From: an uncultured virus (IMG/VR IMGVR_UViG_3300034375_006485)
Taxonomy: Duplodnaviria; Heunggongvirae; Uroviricota; Caudoviricetes
Strand: one strand, 5' to 3'
Virus record (IMG/VR): IMGVR_UViG_3300034375_006485
DNA length: 64,000 nt
The position numbers and the translations under genes were made by a program. The notes below the pieces were generated by a model, which saw nothing but the letters and a program-made list of their open reading frames with translations, searched no databases and was not told the DNA's origin. Of the stretch, positions 48,206 through 57,740 are shown in pieces (positions within the stretch are counted from its first letter, which is position 1; every line of letters begins with the position of its first letter).

Positions 48206-48772
48206 TTAATATTCCCCACCATCAAAATCGATACGGTTATCAAGATCTGTGTCAAGTTGATCAATAAAGACTTCTGGTAGACCTGGATTCTCGGGTTCTT
48301 CAACAGCAGCAGAAAGAACGTTGTCTGGGTTTTCCGCTCTCCACTTATCGAGTAGTTCATTATACATGAGAGTGTATCTATCTTTAGCATCATCGACATC
48401 AGTATCGACAAGATCGGATAGACGAAGACCACTAAGTTTATCAAGGATAGCTTGCAGAAGCTCGTTAGATGAGTCTAGTTGTAAGTTAGATCTTAAGTAT
48501 GCTAAGAAATCTTCAGGTAATCCTGGTTGAGTAGTTTCAGTTAAAGCAGCAGCACTAAAAATCTCATCGGGGTTAACTGATTCATATTTTTCAGTATTCT
48601 CATTAAACATTAACACATATTTATCCAATGTGTTGTCTATGTCAACATCCTGAAGATCGGAAAGTTTCCTTGCCATTACTATTCCTGATTTAGTAACTAC
48701 TTTAATATTTCCTAATGGGAGTTTACTTTTTACATTAAATAGTTTTTTTCTTACTCTGACTTTGATTGTCAT
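48206..48772 (-). CDS. Structural protein with an internal two-fold repeat, ending in FDGGEY
   Basis: LSDL.D.D....D.Y.LM.N....NPD...SAA....PGLPE.F occurs twice. Confidence 0.7.
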   Translation of the reverse strand: MTIKVRVRKKLFNVKSKLPLGNIKVVTKSGIVMARKLSDLQDVDIDNTLDKYVLMFNENTEKYESVNPDEIFSAAALTETTQPGLPEDFLAYLRSNLQLDSSNELLQAILDKLSGLRLSDLVDTDVDDAKDRYTLMYNELLDKWRAENPDNVLSAAVEEPENPGLPEVFIDQLDTDLDNRIDFDGGEY

Positions 48773-49101
48773 ATGGTAGTATCCTCGACAATTATTGTTC
48801 CAGTTACAACTCTAGTGACAAAATCTAACTCACTATTTTGAATAAACACATCAAAATAGTTTCTTCCAGAGCTCAACTCCGTTGTCATGGATCTCCCCAT
48901 GGAGATATTTACCTCTGCATCTGCTGTAGTAATACCAACAACAAAACTATGCGACTTAGTTGCTGTTGGATGTTTTTTGATCTTTGCAAATGCAGTAGTA
49001 TATAGCAAGTTGAGCATGTCGCCGTCATCACCAGTTAGATAGAATGATGCTTCAAAATCTGCACCTTTTTCTATTGTTAGGTTAACAACAGATGCACTCA
49101 T
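48769..49101 (-). CDS. Small Ig-like structural protein (BppU_N-like)
   Basis: NLTIEKGADF...T.EL..GR.Y+DV...RVV.G.I.V pattern. Confidence 0.6.
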   Translation of the reverse strand: MSASVVNLTIEKGADFEASFYLTGDDGDMLNLLYTTAFAKIKKHPTATKSHSFVVGITTADAEVNISMGRSMTTELSSGRNYFDVFIQNSELDFVTRVVTGTIIVEDTTI

Positions 49102-49131
49102 TTTCTTATACCTTTACCGTAATTCTATTTA

Positions 49132-49758
49132 TTAAAAAGCACCGCCATCAAAATCTGTGATTGCTCCTACTGTTCCAACATACCTCCATCCTTTAATATA
49201 AACACTTGCGCCGCCAGTAACTAAAGTTGGTACATTTGTTCCCGCAAAGTTTAATATCCCAGATGAGTAATCAAAAAACCATTCATCATTATTACCGCTA
49301 CCTCCAGCAGAAAGTTTCGTCCCCCCAGATGCTGGATTTCCTGCATAAACTTCTACAATATAATCTGACCCAAACTGAGTATCAATCCAGTTAGTTACAT
49401 TGGCAGAAGTATTTACTCCAACTATCTCTCTGGCAATAAAGCTTCTTCTACCACCAACAGTGTTATCCTCTGTCATTGGATAAGCATTGGATGTTCCATA
49501 TGTTTCAATCAAAGTATATGATGGATATCCTTCTCCAGGAACAATGATCAAATCTCCTGTCGGTGGAGTTGATGGTATCCTAGCAGACTCAAACCAAAGA
49601 CCGTTGTTTGGTATTATTATGGGTGATGGTATTGGTTCCGCAAACGGAGCTTTTTTAGTCCCCGAAAGAGTGGAATCCTCAGCAATACCAGTTTTACTTG
49701 ATGAATATCCTAACTTCTTTAGAAGAAAGTCAACCTTTTGCTGTTGAGATAATGCCAT
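49132..49758 (-). CDS. Stand-alone paralog of the N-terminal domain of the collagen fibre
   Basis: QK+DFLLKK+GY..SKTGIAEDSTLSGTKKAPFAE and WFFDYSSGILNF shared with 21353..34600. Confidence 0.8.
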   Translation of the reverse strand: MALSQQQKVDFLLKKLGYSSSKTGIAEDSTLSGTKKAPFAEPIPSPIIIPNNGLWFESARIPSTPPTGDLIIVPGEGYPSYTLIETYGTSNAYPMTEDNTVGGRRSFIAREIVGVNTSANVTNWIDTQFGSDYIVEVYAGNPASGGTKLSAGGSGNNDEWFFDYSSGILNFAGTNVPTLVTGGASVYIKGWRYVGTVGAITDFDGGAF

Positions 49759-49770
49759 TAGATCCTAGTA

Positions 49771-51789
49771 TTAAGTATTGCGGAATGACAATGTGTTAAT
49801 CTGATCTCCAGAATCCAATCTGATTCTTATGAGTATTCTATTAAAAGCATCATTAGACGATGACTCAGTACCAAATACGCATGTAAAAGTTCCTGTCCCT
49901 CCAGTCATATTTCCTGCAAAAGCGCATCCAGGAAGGGCGCTATTAGGAATACCAGAACCTCTATATGCTTCGAACATATCTGCCCAACCATTGGTTCCAG
50001 ATAGGGATGTATTCCATTGGGTATTGTTTGGCATACAAACCCAAAATCCACCATAAGATCCATTGATTGAAATCAAAAACTCTGAAACGTTTGTTCTAAA
50101 CATTTCAAGTTGAATGTATTGAGCTCCAGTCCTACCAGAAGAATAATCTGGTCCTACTGGAAGATATCCAGTAGAATAGTTTGTTTGATCGTGTCTTAAA
50201 TCACCACCAACAACAACAGCTTCATAAGTTGCTATTGGGTTTGATGCAACCCAAGAAGTAGTAACAGGTGTTGGATTATCTCCAGAAGAACCAGCATTAA
50301 CTCTTCTAGCATTTCCAGATCCCGTTCCTAAAGTTTGAATGAGAATATTATCTTCATCTATCACATCAGTTCTAGCAGTTGTACCCATGATATTTACATT
50401 CTCAGTTATAGTTGCACGAACACTATTTGATCCATATGGAGTGGTTGCAGTATAGTTTGAGAATTTCTGAGTGTTGGTGGTTACAGTGACATGAGAATTT
50501 CTAGGAACTTGAGACAATGTACATGTAACTCCAACACCAACACCAAAGTTTCTTACTGGTGGATTAACACCGTCAGTAAAATCTGGATATGATTTATTTC
50601 CCCCATTTTGAAATCCAGTAGTTTGACCAGAAGAAGTCAAGAATGTATTTGTAGAATACATATCTCCAGTTGCATTCTGACAAACAATCTCATATACAAA
50701 AGCATTATTTGTTGCTTGTGTATAATGAGGAATACCCGAAGAATAGTTTAGTGTTGGTGATGCAGGTGTTACTGGAGTAGTTGCTGCCAAAACAGGAGCA
50801 GGTACTACACTAGGATCTTCATAATATAAGTATTTTTGAGATTCATATATGATAGTTCCAACTTGATGTTTAATATAACCCATATTAAATCCATCAGGTG
50901 ATGAAGCATTTAATATTCTTGAGTCGTATACCTCATAAAAGTTTGATGTAATACCAGGATTTCTAGATGATAAAAATGCGTCTTTATCATTTGCAATCTC
51001 CAATGATGTGTAAACACCATTATCACTGTTAATATCATTAGAGATACTATTATCAGGATTGATAACATCATTTGTTATCATCATCCTAGTTCCTTTAGGA
51101 TCAAAGTTTATCATAGCAGAAACATCACCATCATCACCAGGACCATACTCAGTCAACCAGGTTGATGTAACACTGTTGCTAGTATTTCTTGGATATTGTG
51201 TTCCTGCTACTGGAGAAAATACCCCAACAGTATTATTAGTAAAAGAAAATCCTGAGCACAATCTACCAACATTAAGTCCAACTATACTAAAAGAAGCGTC
51301 AAGAATAGTTGCTGGTGGTTTTGGAACTAGTTTTCCTAGAATAAAGTTAATATCATTAATAGAGTTTTTTGTAAACTGAGTTTCATCTATTTCAATAGCG
51401 CCAGGTTTAAATCCACCAGCAGGTTCACCAAATCTTAAAGGACCATTATATTCACCAGCAGAAACAGCATTACTTATATCAACGGTTCCTCTGAATAGTG
51501 AAGGACCATTAACATCAAAATCTGTAGTAGGTTCACTATCAGTATTTCCAATAGCAACCTTACCCCTAAAACTACTTATTCCAGTTGCAAACGTATCTTT
51601 TGGTTTTAATGTAGTATCAACACTCAAAACGCCAGAGACTAAACCGTCTCCAACGACATGAAAATCTGATCTGGCAATATCAGTTTTAACTCCAACATTG
51701 CCAGTAACTTGTAGTGCTGTAGTGTTGTCAGTATATGATGGTATACCAACCCTAAGTGTTCTGTTAAGTTGACTTAAATACTTTGCCAT
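49771..51789 (-). CDS. Virion structural/fibre-associated protein, paralog of 34621..36750
   Basis: High similarity over roughly the C-terminal three quarters. Confidence 0.8.
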   Translation of the reverse strand: MAKYLSQLNRTLRVGIPSYTDNTTALQVTGNVGVKTDIARSDFHVVGDGLVSGVLSVDTTLKPKDTFATGISSFRGKVAIGNTDSEPTTDFDVNGPSLFRGTVDISNAVSAGEYNGPLRFGEPAGGFKPGAIEIDETQFTKNSINDINFILGKLVPKPPATILDASFSIVGLNVGRLCSGFSFTNNTVGVFSPVAGTQYPRNTSNSVTSTWLTEYGPGDDGDVSAMINFDPKGTRMMITNDVINPDNSISNDINSDNGVYTSLEIANDKDAFLSSRNPGITSNFYEVYDSRILNASSPDGFNMGYIKHQVGTIIYESQKYLYYEDPSVVPAPVLAATTPVTPASPTLNYSSGIPHYTQATNNAFVYEIVCQNATGDMYSTNTFLTSSGQTTGFQNGGNKSYPDFTDGVNPPVRNFGVGVGVTCTLSQVPRNSHVTVTTNTQKFSNYTATTPYGSNSVRATITENVNIMGTTARTDVIDEDNILIQTLGTGSGNARRVNAGSSGDNPTPVTTSWVASNPIATYEAVVVGGDLRHDQTNYSTGYLPVGPDYSSGRTGAQYIQLEMFRTNVSEFLISINGSYGGFWVCMPNNTQWNTSLSGTNGWADMFEAYRGSGIPNSALPGCAFAGNMTGGTGTFTCVFGTESSSNDAFNRILIRIRLDSGDQINTLSFRNT

Positions 51790-51845
51790 TTATTCGTTTA
51801 CTAAAATGCAATGACAAAAAGATTATTATAGTTATATGTTTTTAT

Positions 51846-52370
51846 TTAGTCAATTTGTTTGTCGAACTCAAACATCCCATACTCTGATCCCCATACCATT
51901 TTTTTAGTTACAGGATCATATCCCCTATCAATAACTCTATAAGTATTTTTTCTCAATTCAGACATGGTAAATAAGAACGATTCTTTACCATTTTTATTTA
52001 CCATACATTCACACCCCATGATCATACCATAATAAACACCATTCTGTTTAGTAAAAATACAATCACAGTTCTCATTCTTTTCTAAATCATCTTCAGTGAT
52101 TTTATCTATATCAGTGAAATATAAAAATCTTTTACCATCCTTCACTTTATAACTACTAACTATTAGTTTATCTTCATACTGATTTATCTCCAGAACAAAC
52201 TGTCTATAAGGAGGTTGTTTGCGAACAGAATATTTCTGTTCTCCATAAATCATATTATTACTTAATAACTCATGACGTAAACTAATCTGAGAATATTGTG
52301 AAGGGTATGAAAATGCTTGTTTTCGATTATGAAAAGATCCAAGTAACCATTCTGTAAACTCCTCAATCAT
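51846..52370 (-). CDS. cpeT: T-type phycobiliprotein lyase (CpeT/CpcT-like)
   Basis: G.F.N..QA...P, PYRQ, DRGYD....VWGS..G.FEF. Confidence 0.85.
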   Translation of the reverse strand: MIEEFTEWLLGSFHNRKQAFSYPSQYSQISLRHELLSNNMIYGEQKYSVRKQPPYRQFVLEINQYEDKLIVSSYKVKDGKRFLYFTDIDKITEDDLEKNENCDCIFTKQNGVYYGMIMGCECMVNKNGKESFLFTMSELRKNTYRVIDRGYDPVTKKMVWGSEYGMFEFDKQID

Positions 52371-53062
52371 TCAGTACTACCTCTTCTTTGATGACGTATT
52401 AATGTAGAAAATAATACCTTACCAATAGCAGATATTAGATTACCTTCAATTTCATTAAAGACATTCATATTTAGTTTGAATGCTAGATTAGCTTCTTTGA
52501 TAATCTCATCGATTTCATTTTGATCGAAAGGAAGAGTATCTAATACATCTCTATAATCTCCCTTAAAAACTTTTTCATCTTTAATATCTTTAAAAATATA
52601 AAAGTTCATCCCAACATCAGGAACTTTTAAAGCAGATTGAGCAATATTTTTCAATACTTGTCCACCAGAAAGATCGCCAATATACCTAGTATAATGATGT
52701 GCAATCAATAAGTCTTGATTTTCATTAGATACCTCTTTAATCCTGGCAACATATTCTTTGCAAGATTTTGTTTGAGTAATCCTTTCTTTCCAATCATATC
52801 CTAGATAATATTCTAAATCTTTTTCTAAAGATTTTTTTCTGAAGAGTTGTGGAAAATAAATGTTTGACACAATCATATCATCTTTGTGTCTTTCAAACTC
52901 TTCTTCCATCGCGGAATAGATATGGTACAAGTCTGATAGTAATCTTACATAAGATTTCTTTTCAACCACACCTTTGAGAAAACAGGTAATGAAACCTGTA
53001 TTCTCTGCCATAGTGTGAGATTTTTTAGTACCTTCTCTTATTTGTTGTGATAGGTTAGACAT
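52367..53062 (-). CDS. ho1: Heme oxygenase
   Basis: REGTKKSHTMAEN, AH.YTRY.GDLSGGQ. Confidence 0.97.
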   Translation of the reverse strand: MSNLSQQIREGTKKSHTMAENTGFITCFLKGVVEKKSYVRLLSDLYHIYSAMEEEFERHKDDMIVSNIYFPQLFRKKSLEKDLEYYLGYDWKERITQTKSCKEYVARIKEVSNENQDLLIAHHYTRYIGDLSGGQVLKNIAQSALKVPDVGMNFYIFKDIKDEKVFKGDYRDVLDTLPFDQNEIDEIIKEANLAFKLNMNVFNEIEGNLISAIGKVLFSTLIRHQRRGSTE

Positions 53063-53067
53063 AAGCT

Positions 53068-54837
53068 CTACTTGGTATTAGAATCCGACACCTTTCCAAG
53101 ATATGGATCATAATCAGTAATCATGTTTACATCAATATCTGATCCGTTCGCTTTCCAGAAGTTTAAAACTCCTCGATAAGAAGCTTTATGGAATTTATCA
53201 ACATGATCTGGGTGGATTGTCGATCCTAGGTCTGTTTTATAAAGTAAAAGTGGAGTGGCGTAAGTCGCACCAGAGTTGTAGATTAGATCATCTGCAACAG
53301 GTCTTGGTTTAACACCATTGTCAAGTTTATATTTAGCGCCTCTCACATGATTTTTTATGATTTTTTCTGCATGATGCCTTGTAATGACATAACATGCGGT
53401 TGAAAAATCATTAACAAACCTGTTATGTACGGGAACTACGATATTACCAGTACAAATAATAGCTAGTTGTAAAACATCCCAAGAGTAAGGTGCTTTAGCA
53501 ATAAAGTCTTGCCAAGTAAAGTTCCAATAGAGAACAGTCTCTAAACTACAATCATCTTCCATGATGACTGCATAAGGAGAATCTGATGTTTCATACCAAT
53601 GTTTGATTGCTTTAATATGAGAAGTAACACATCCAATCTCACCTGATGACATCATCGGAGGATAAGTTCCTTTGATAATATCACTTAGATCATCTTCTCT
53701 ACCATCGTATGCAGAGATACGCTCATAGTTTTCAATTTCCCAATACTTAAACTGATCTTCCATCCACTTACGACGCTCAGGTTGACCATCTAGATTTAGA
53801 TAATAGATAGGACCAAAGTTTTTAAGTTTGTAAGCTGCTTTGTTTTTTTCTGAGAAATCAAAATCCAACTCCATTTTTTCCTCTTCTTTAGGAACATAAG
53901 ATTCAATAAGTTTTTCCATGAAGGGAATGTGATATTTCTCTAGAGTATTTTTCCACTCAAACTGTTTTGCATACTCTAGGATTTCTTGACGATTAGCGAC
54001 TGAATACTCTCTGTTCTTGATGATTTCGGATTCAACATATTCAATGTCGTTGATTTTATCTTCAGGGATTACAGTAATAAATCCTCTATCAATATCAAGA
54101 TTTGCTTTACCCCATTCGCTAACAACAACACCTAGTCCTGCAGCGAATGCTTCCATACACACTAATGGATGAGCTTCTCCATCAGAAAGAAGAACTAGAT
54201 TTCCATATTCAGTCAACTCATCATATAGAGTTTCTTTAGTCCATTCCCCAAGATAGTTTTTGTTAATATCAAACTTTTTATCATCAACAATACCAGCATA
54301 ATAAAGAGAACTAATAGACTGGAATAGATGCTGTCGTTTCCGATAGTCTACCTTTGCGACATAAATGCTTTTATCACTTTGTTTTGGTTCTTCAGTTACT
54401 CTAAAGTTTTTCGAGTTTACGCCATTAGGAGTAACGAATACTTGATCTTCTGGAATATTATTATTGACGTATACTTCTTTAATGCCTTCAGAAAGAGCAA
54501 ATACATTTGGTTTGTAAACCTTGAATGCATCTAGTACAGCTCGATAACCGCCAATCTTTTCTGGTTGCTCAAGATATGCATAATGTGTTGTAATCGCTGT
54601 CGGATATTTAAGATGGGGATATAGTCCGACCATATTGTCAAACTCGATATGAACAAAATCTGGATTAAACTCATCAATCTGCTTAATCGCATCAGATCCA
54701 TTTGTAGTATTGACAATCTGAACTTCATGTCCAAGTTCTTCATAGCAACACTTCATGTCCCAAATAAGAATTTCTACAGCACCCCACCCTTTAGGTGGAA
54801 TAGGCATCACGCCAGGACCTACGATTGATACTTTCAT
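53068..54837 (-). CDS. GT4-like + GT25-like glycosyltransferase fusion
   Basis: IPP.GWGAVE, EAHPLVCMEA; NLD...ERR, EIGC..SH, EDD. Confidence 0.8.
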   Translation of the reverse strand: MKVSIVGPGVMPIPPKGWGAVEILIWDMKCCYEELGHEVQIVNTTNGSDAIKQIDEFNPDFVHIEFDNMVGLYPHLKYPTAITTHYAYLEQPEKIGGYRAVLDAFKVYKPNVFALSEGIKEVYVNNNIPEDQVFVTPNGVNSKNFRVTEEPKQSDKSIYVAKVDYRKRQHLFQSISSLYYAGIVDDKKFDINKNYLGEWTKETLYDELTEYGNLVLLSDGEAHPLVCMEAFAAGLGVVVSEWGKANLDIDRGFITVIPEDKINDIEYVESEIIKNREYSVANRQEILEYAKQFEWKNTLEKYHIPFMEKLIESYVPKEEEKMELDFDFSEKNKAAYKLKNFGPIYYLNLDGQPERRKWMEDQFKYWEIENYERISAYDGREDDLSDIIKGTYPPMMSSGEIGCVTSHIKAIKHWYETSDSPYAVIMEDDCSLETVLYWNFTWQDFIAKAPYSWDVLQLAIICTGNIVVPVHNRFVNDFSTACYVITRHHAEKIIKNHVRGAKYKLDNGVKPRPVADDLIYNSGATYATPLLLYKTDLGSTIHPDHVDKFHKASYRGVLNFWKANGSDIDVNMITDYDPYLGKVSDSNTK

Positions 54838-54956
54838 TCTACTTCTCCCATGTCATAGTCACACATTTCCTTTACAAGATCTTCAAAAGAATATTTTGGA
54901 TCCCAGTTTAGAGTTTTTTTGGCAAAACTGGGATCTCCAACAAGAGTATTTATCTC
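54834..54956 (-). pseudogene. C-terminal remnant of a second GDP-mannose 4,6-dehydratase
   Basis: EINTLVGDPSFAKKTLNWDPKYSFEDLVKEMC aligns to [32 protein letters not shown] of gmd; no start codon, in-frame stop upstream. Confidence 0.75.
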
Positions 54957-55762
54957 TTAGATAACTCCTGAATAAACTCGTAGTCTCTATGCTTTCCAGC
55001 ATGATTTTCAAAGGCAATAAACATATCTGGATTATTTTTATAAACATATGCCATAGCACTTTGCTCATTGTTGATTAGATTGTTAGCGATCATTTTGTTT
55101 TGAAGGACATCATCTACAAGATCACAGAACTTACTCATGACTTCTGCTCCTCCACACCAAAGACCTCCCATTACCCACGTTCTACCATCCCACAAATCTT
55201 CTAAGGTATATGATTTAGCATTAACCAAATCTCCATAGTAAGACATGAAGGTTTGTATTATAACATGGTCTTTGCAATCTAGCAATGTTTCCATGGCAGT
55301 CTGTGATGGATACTCCAAATCCATGCCAAAGAAAAATCTAGATAGACCAGCATCCATCCACATAAAAAGTTCAGTATTAAAGGGATTGTCGGAAATAATC
55401 CGATTTACCCATCGAAACTTAGAATAGATAACTGAGTTATAAAGAGCTAGTTTACATTCTACTCTGTTGGGAGCTTGAACTTTTTCCTTAAAGTTATCAG
55501 AGTTTAAAATACCATCAATCTTCTCAGTTAAATGATAGTAAGGAATATCTTCCAATGCTTGGGTGATTATCTTTGTAGGCAACCCTTCCCTACATTTTTC
55601 TACAAATGAAACAAGAGACTCTTCTACAAAGATTACCATCGGTCTGGTAACTTTTAGAGTTTCTTCAAACCAAGAAAGATATTCTTGAAACTTTCTACCA
55701 TCTCCATCTTGTTCTCTATTGATATCATAAAGAGCAGTTACTATTGTGATAGAATCAGACAT
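54950..55762 (-). CDS. HtrL/YibB (WlaTC)-family glycosyltransferase-like protein
   Basis: TIVTALYDI.R, SK, NPF.T..F.WMDAG, NEQ. Confidence 0.75.
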   Translation of the reverse strand: MSDSITIVTALYDINREQDGDGRKFQEYLSWFEETLKVTRPMVIFVEESLVSFVEKCREGLPTKIITQALEDIPYYHLTEKIDGILNSDNFKEKVQAPNRVECKLALYNSVIYSKFRWVNRIISDNPFNTELFMWMDAGLSRFFFGMDLEYPSQTAMETLLDCKDHVIIQTFMSYYGDLVNAKSYTLEDLWDGRTWVMGGLWCGGAEVMSKFCDLVDDVLQNKMIANNLINNEQSAMAYVYKNNPDMFIAFENHAGKHRDYEFIQELSKR

Positions 55763-56471
55763 GATATTTTGAATTATTTTTACTTAAATGAACAATCTTA
55801 GGTTCAAAATCACAGTATTGACCGAACATTTCTGGGTATGCAAACTGTGGTCCTAAGACATTTGTATTATCTCGGTTTTCTATAAGAAACTTATTAAGGT
55901 GACTTTCATCATGCCACTGAGCAATTACATCATTATCTAAATCTATTTGAACTCGACGATCGAGTTCACAAATAAGATTCATAATCTTTGAAGACTTTCC
56001 TCCCCATAAGCATCCTTGGAAATACACAGATAAATCATCATCCTCTGAAATGGCAGATGTAGATTTTTTATTCGTCTCAAACGCACCAAACTTCTGATTA
56101 TGTGGGGGCATCTTAAGAAAATGGCAAGGATGATGAACACCAAAGAAATCTTTAGTATCATCAAAGAACTCTTCTTCAGTTACAGTATCTACAACTAAAG
56201 CATCCGCATCAATAAAAACAAACCAATCTGTTTCTGAGATTACATCTTTTGCTTTTTGAATAATCTCAAATCTTTTTAGTGTGATATAAGGCCATTCAAT
56301 ATGCTCATAGTCATAGGTATTAATATCTTCAGGAAAATCTCCATCACCATCAGTAAAAACTAAAAACTGTTTTTCGGTATTAGGCAAAAAATATTCATGA
56401 ATATTTTCATAGTATCTGGGAAGAAAGTTTAAATACTTTCCTGTTCCAATAAAACAAATAGCAACTTTCAT
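55755..56471 (-). CDS. GT6-family glycosyltransferase (ABO/alpha-Gal-like)
   Basis: I.TGKY, VFTD, DAD, HP, WHDESHLN. Confidence 0.9.
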   Translation of the reverse strand: MKVAICFIGTGKYLNFLPRYYENIHEYFLPNTEKQFLVFTDGDGDFPEDINTYDYEHIEWPYITLKRFEIIQKAKDVISETDWFVFIDADALVVDTVTEEEFFDDTKDFFGVHHPCHFLKMPPHNQKFGAFETNKKSTSAISEDDDLSVYFQGCLWGGKSSKIMNLICELDRRVQIDLDNDVIAQWHDESHLNKFLIENRDNTNVLGPQFAYPEMFGQYCDFEPKIVHLSKNNSKYHV

Positions 56472-57097
56472 CGTTTTAAAAAATCATAGTTTACATGTTT
56501 ACCTGCAATGTCAGAGAAGTCACTTCTTTGCCATGCCAAATGAGGTCTGAAAATATAAGTCCTTAAGTAAGATTGCAGTTTTGTATATATTACATCTAAT
56601 GGTCCTTCCATCTTAGACACAAAATCAATAAGCAGATCATAGCAACTACTGTTTATTGCATATGCATGAGTAGCGTGAGCATTATAAACTTTATATACAT
56701 GATCCGTTACTTTGATTGGCGGTCTATTCATGTATGGATAGCATAATGCATGAGTAGCACCAAGATATAAAATATCCCATTCAGGAACTTCTTTTATATA
56801 CTCTGAGAAAAGTTTATCAAAGTTTGAACAAAACTCAACATCATCTTCTAAGATCAAAACATTTGACACATTATCTTCTTTACACTTTTTTAAAATGTTT
56901 AAATGTGAAAGAAGACACCCTACTTCTCCATGACTCATTTTTCCAACACGATCATGTTTAGTGCCATCTACGGCTTCATACCTTTCAACATTAATATTAT
57001 ATTGAGAGAATACTTCTTTACAAATATCCCATCGTTCTGGTCTTCGTTCTAGATTGACACAATAGATTTTTTCAAAGCAGTCATTAAGAGTTTTCAT
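56468..57097 (-). CDS. GT25 glycosyltransferase
   Basis: NLERR.ERW, AVDG, GC..SH, ILEDD. Confidence 0.88.
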   Translation of the reverse strand: MKTLNDCFEKIYCVNLERRPERWDICKEVFSQYNINVERYEAVDGTKHDRVGKMSHGEVGCLLSHLNILKKCKEDNVSNVLILEDDVEFCSNFDKLFSEYIKEVPEWDILYLGATHALCYPYMNRPPIKVTDHVYKVYNAHATHAYAINSSCYDLLIDFVSKMEGPLDVIYTKLQSYLRTYIFRPHLAWQRSDFSDIAGKHVNYDFLKR

Positions 57098-57740
57098 CGT
57101 ATCTTGTTAAATATTTTCTAAAAATAGAAGATCCTGCATTAAATTTTACTGCTTGAGTAAACAAATCTTTTTGCCCACGATCATGGGCACTAATGTTATT
57201 ATAGATTCTAATATATCCCTTCTTTGATTTGCTGTTTAACTCTTCAATATTATCCAAGTATCTTTGCCAATTTGGACGCTCTACAATATCATTACTGTCT
57301 AGTATTTTTTTAATACAGTCTGGTTGCAACTCAAGATTAATCAGATCTTCATAGTAAATAAAAGTTGCTTGATTTTTGCTCCAGTCATAATAACGAAGAA
57401 GATTGCAATAATCTTTTATTTGATCATTTAAAGATCTAGATGATCCTCTCTTTGAATGAGAAACAATAGCATCATAATAATCTCTAATAATAAGAGTTAC
57501 TTTTGAATCTTTGATAAGTTCTTTTTCATTGAGTGTTGGATCTACCAAATGAAACTTCCTAAGAATCGGAGGATTCTTAGGTTTAACTTCTAGGTTTCCA
57601 CCAACCAGATAGTCGATTGCACTATCTGGAATGTCTTCATTAAAATCAACAACAACCCTTTCGGTAATGTATTCAATCAAAAACCTCAATAAAGTATTAC
57701 CACTTCTAGGGTAAGATATTAAACAGTTTGGTTCACTCAT
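57084..57740 (-). CDS. Sulfotransferase-like protein
   Basis: SYPRSGNT PAPS-binding loop, IRD..D..VS, YEDL; start 57740 by ATGA overlap. Confidence 0.75.
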   Translation of the reverse strand: MSEPNCLISYPRSGNTLLRFLIEYITERVVVDFNEDIPDSAIDYLVGGNLEVKPKNPPILRKFHLVDPTLNEKELIKDSKVTLIIRDYYDAIVSHSKRGSSRSLNDQIKDYCNLLRYYDWSKNQATFIYYEDLINLELQPDCIKKILDSNDIVERPNWQRYLDNIEELNSKSKKGYIRIYNNISAHDRGQKDLFTQAVKFNAGSSIFRKYLTRYDENS

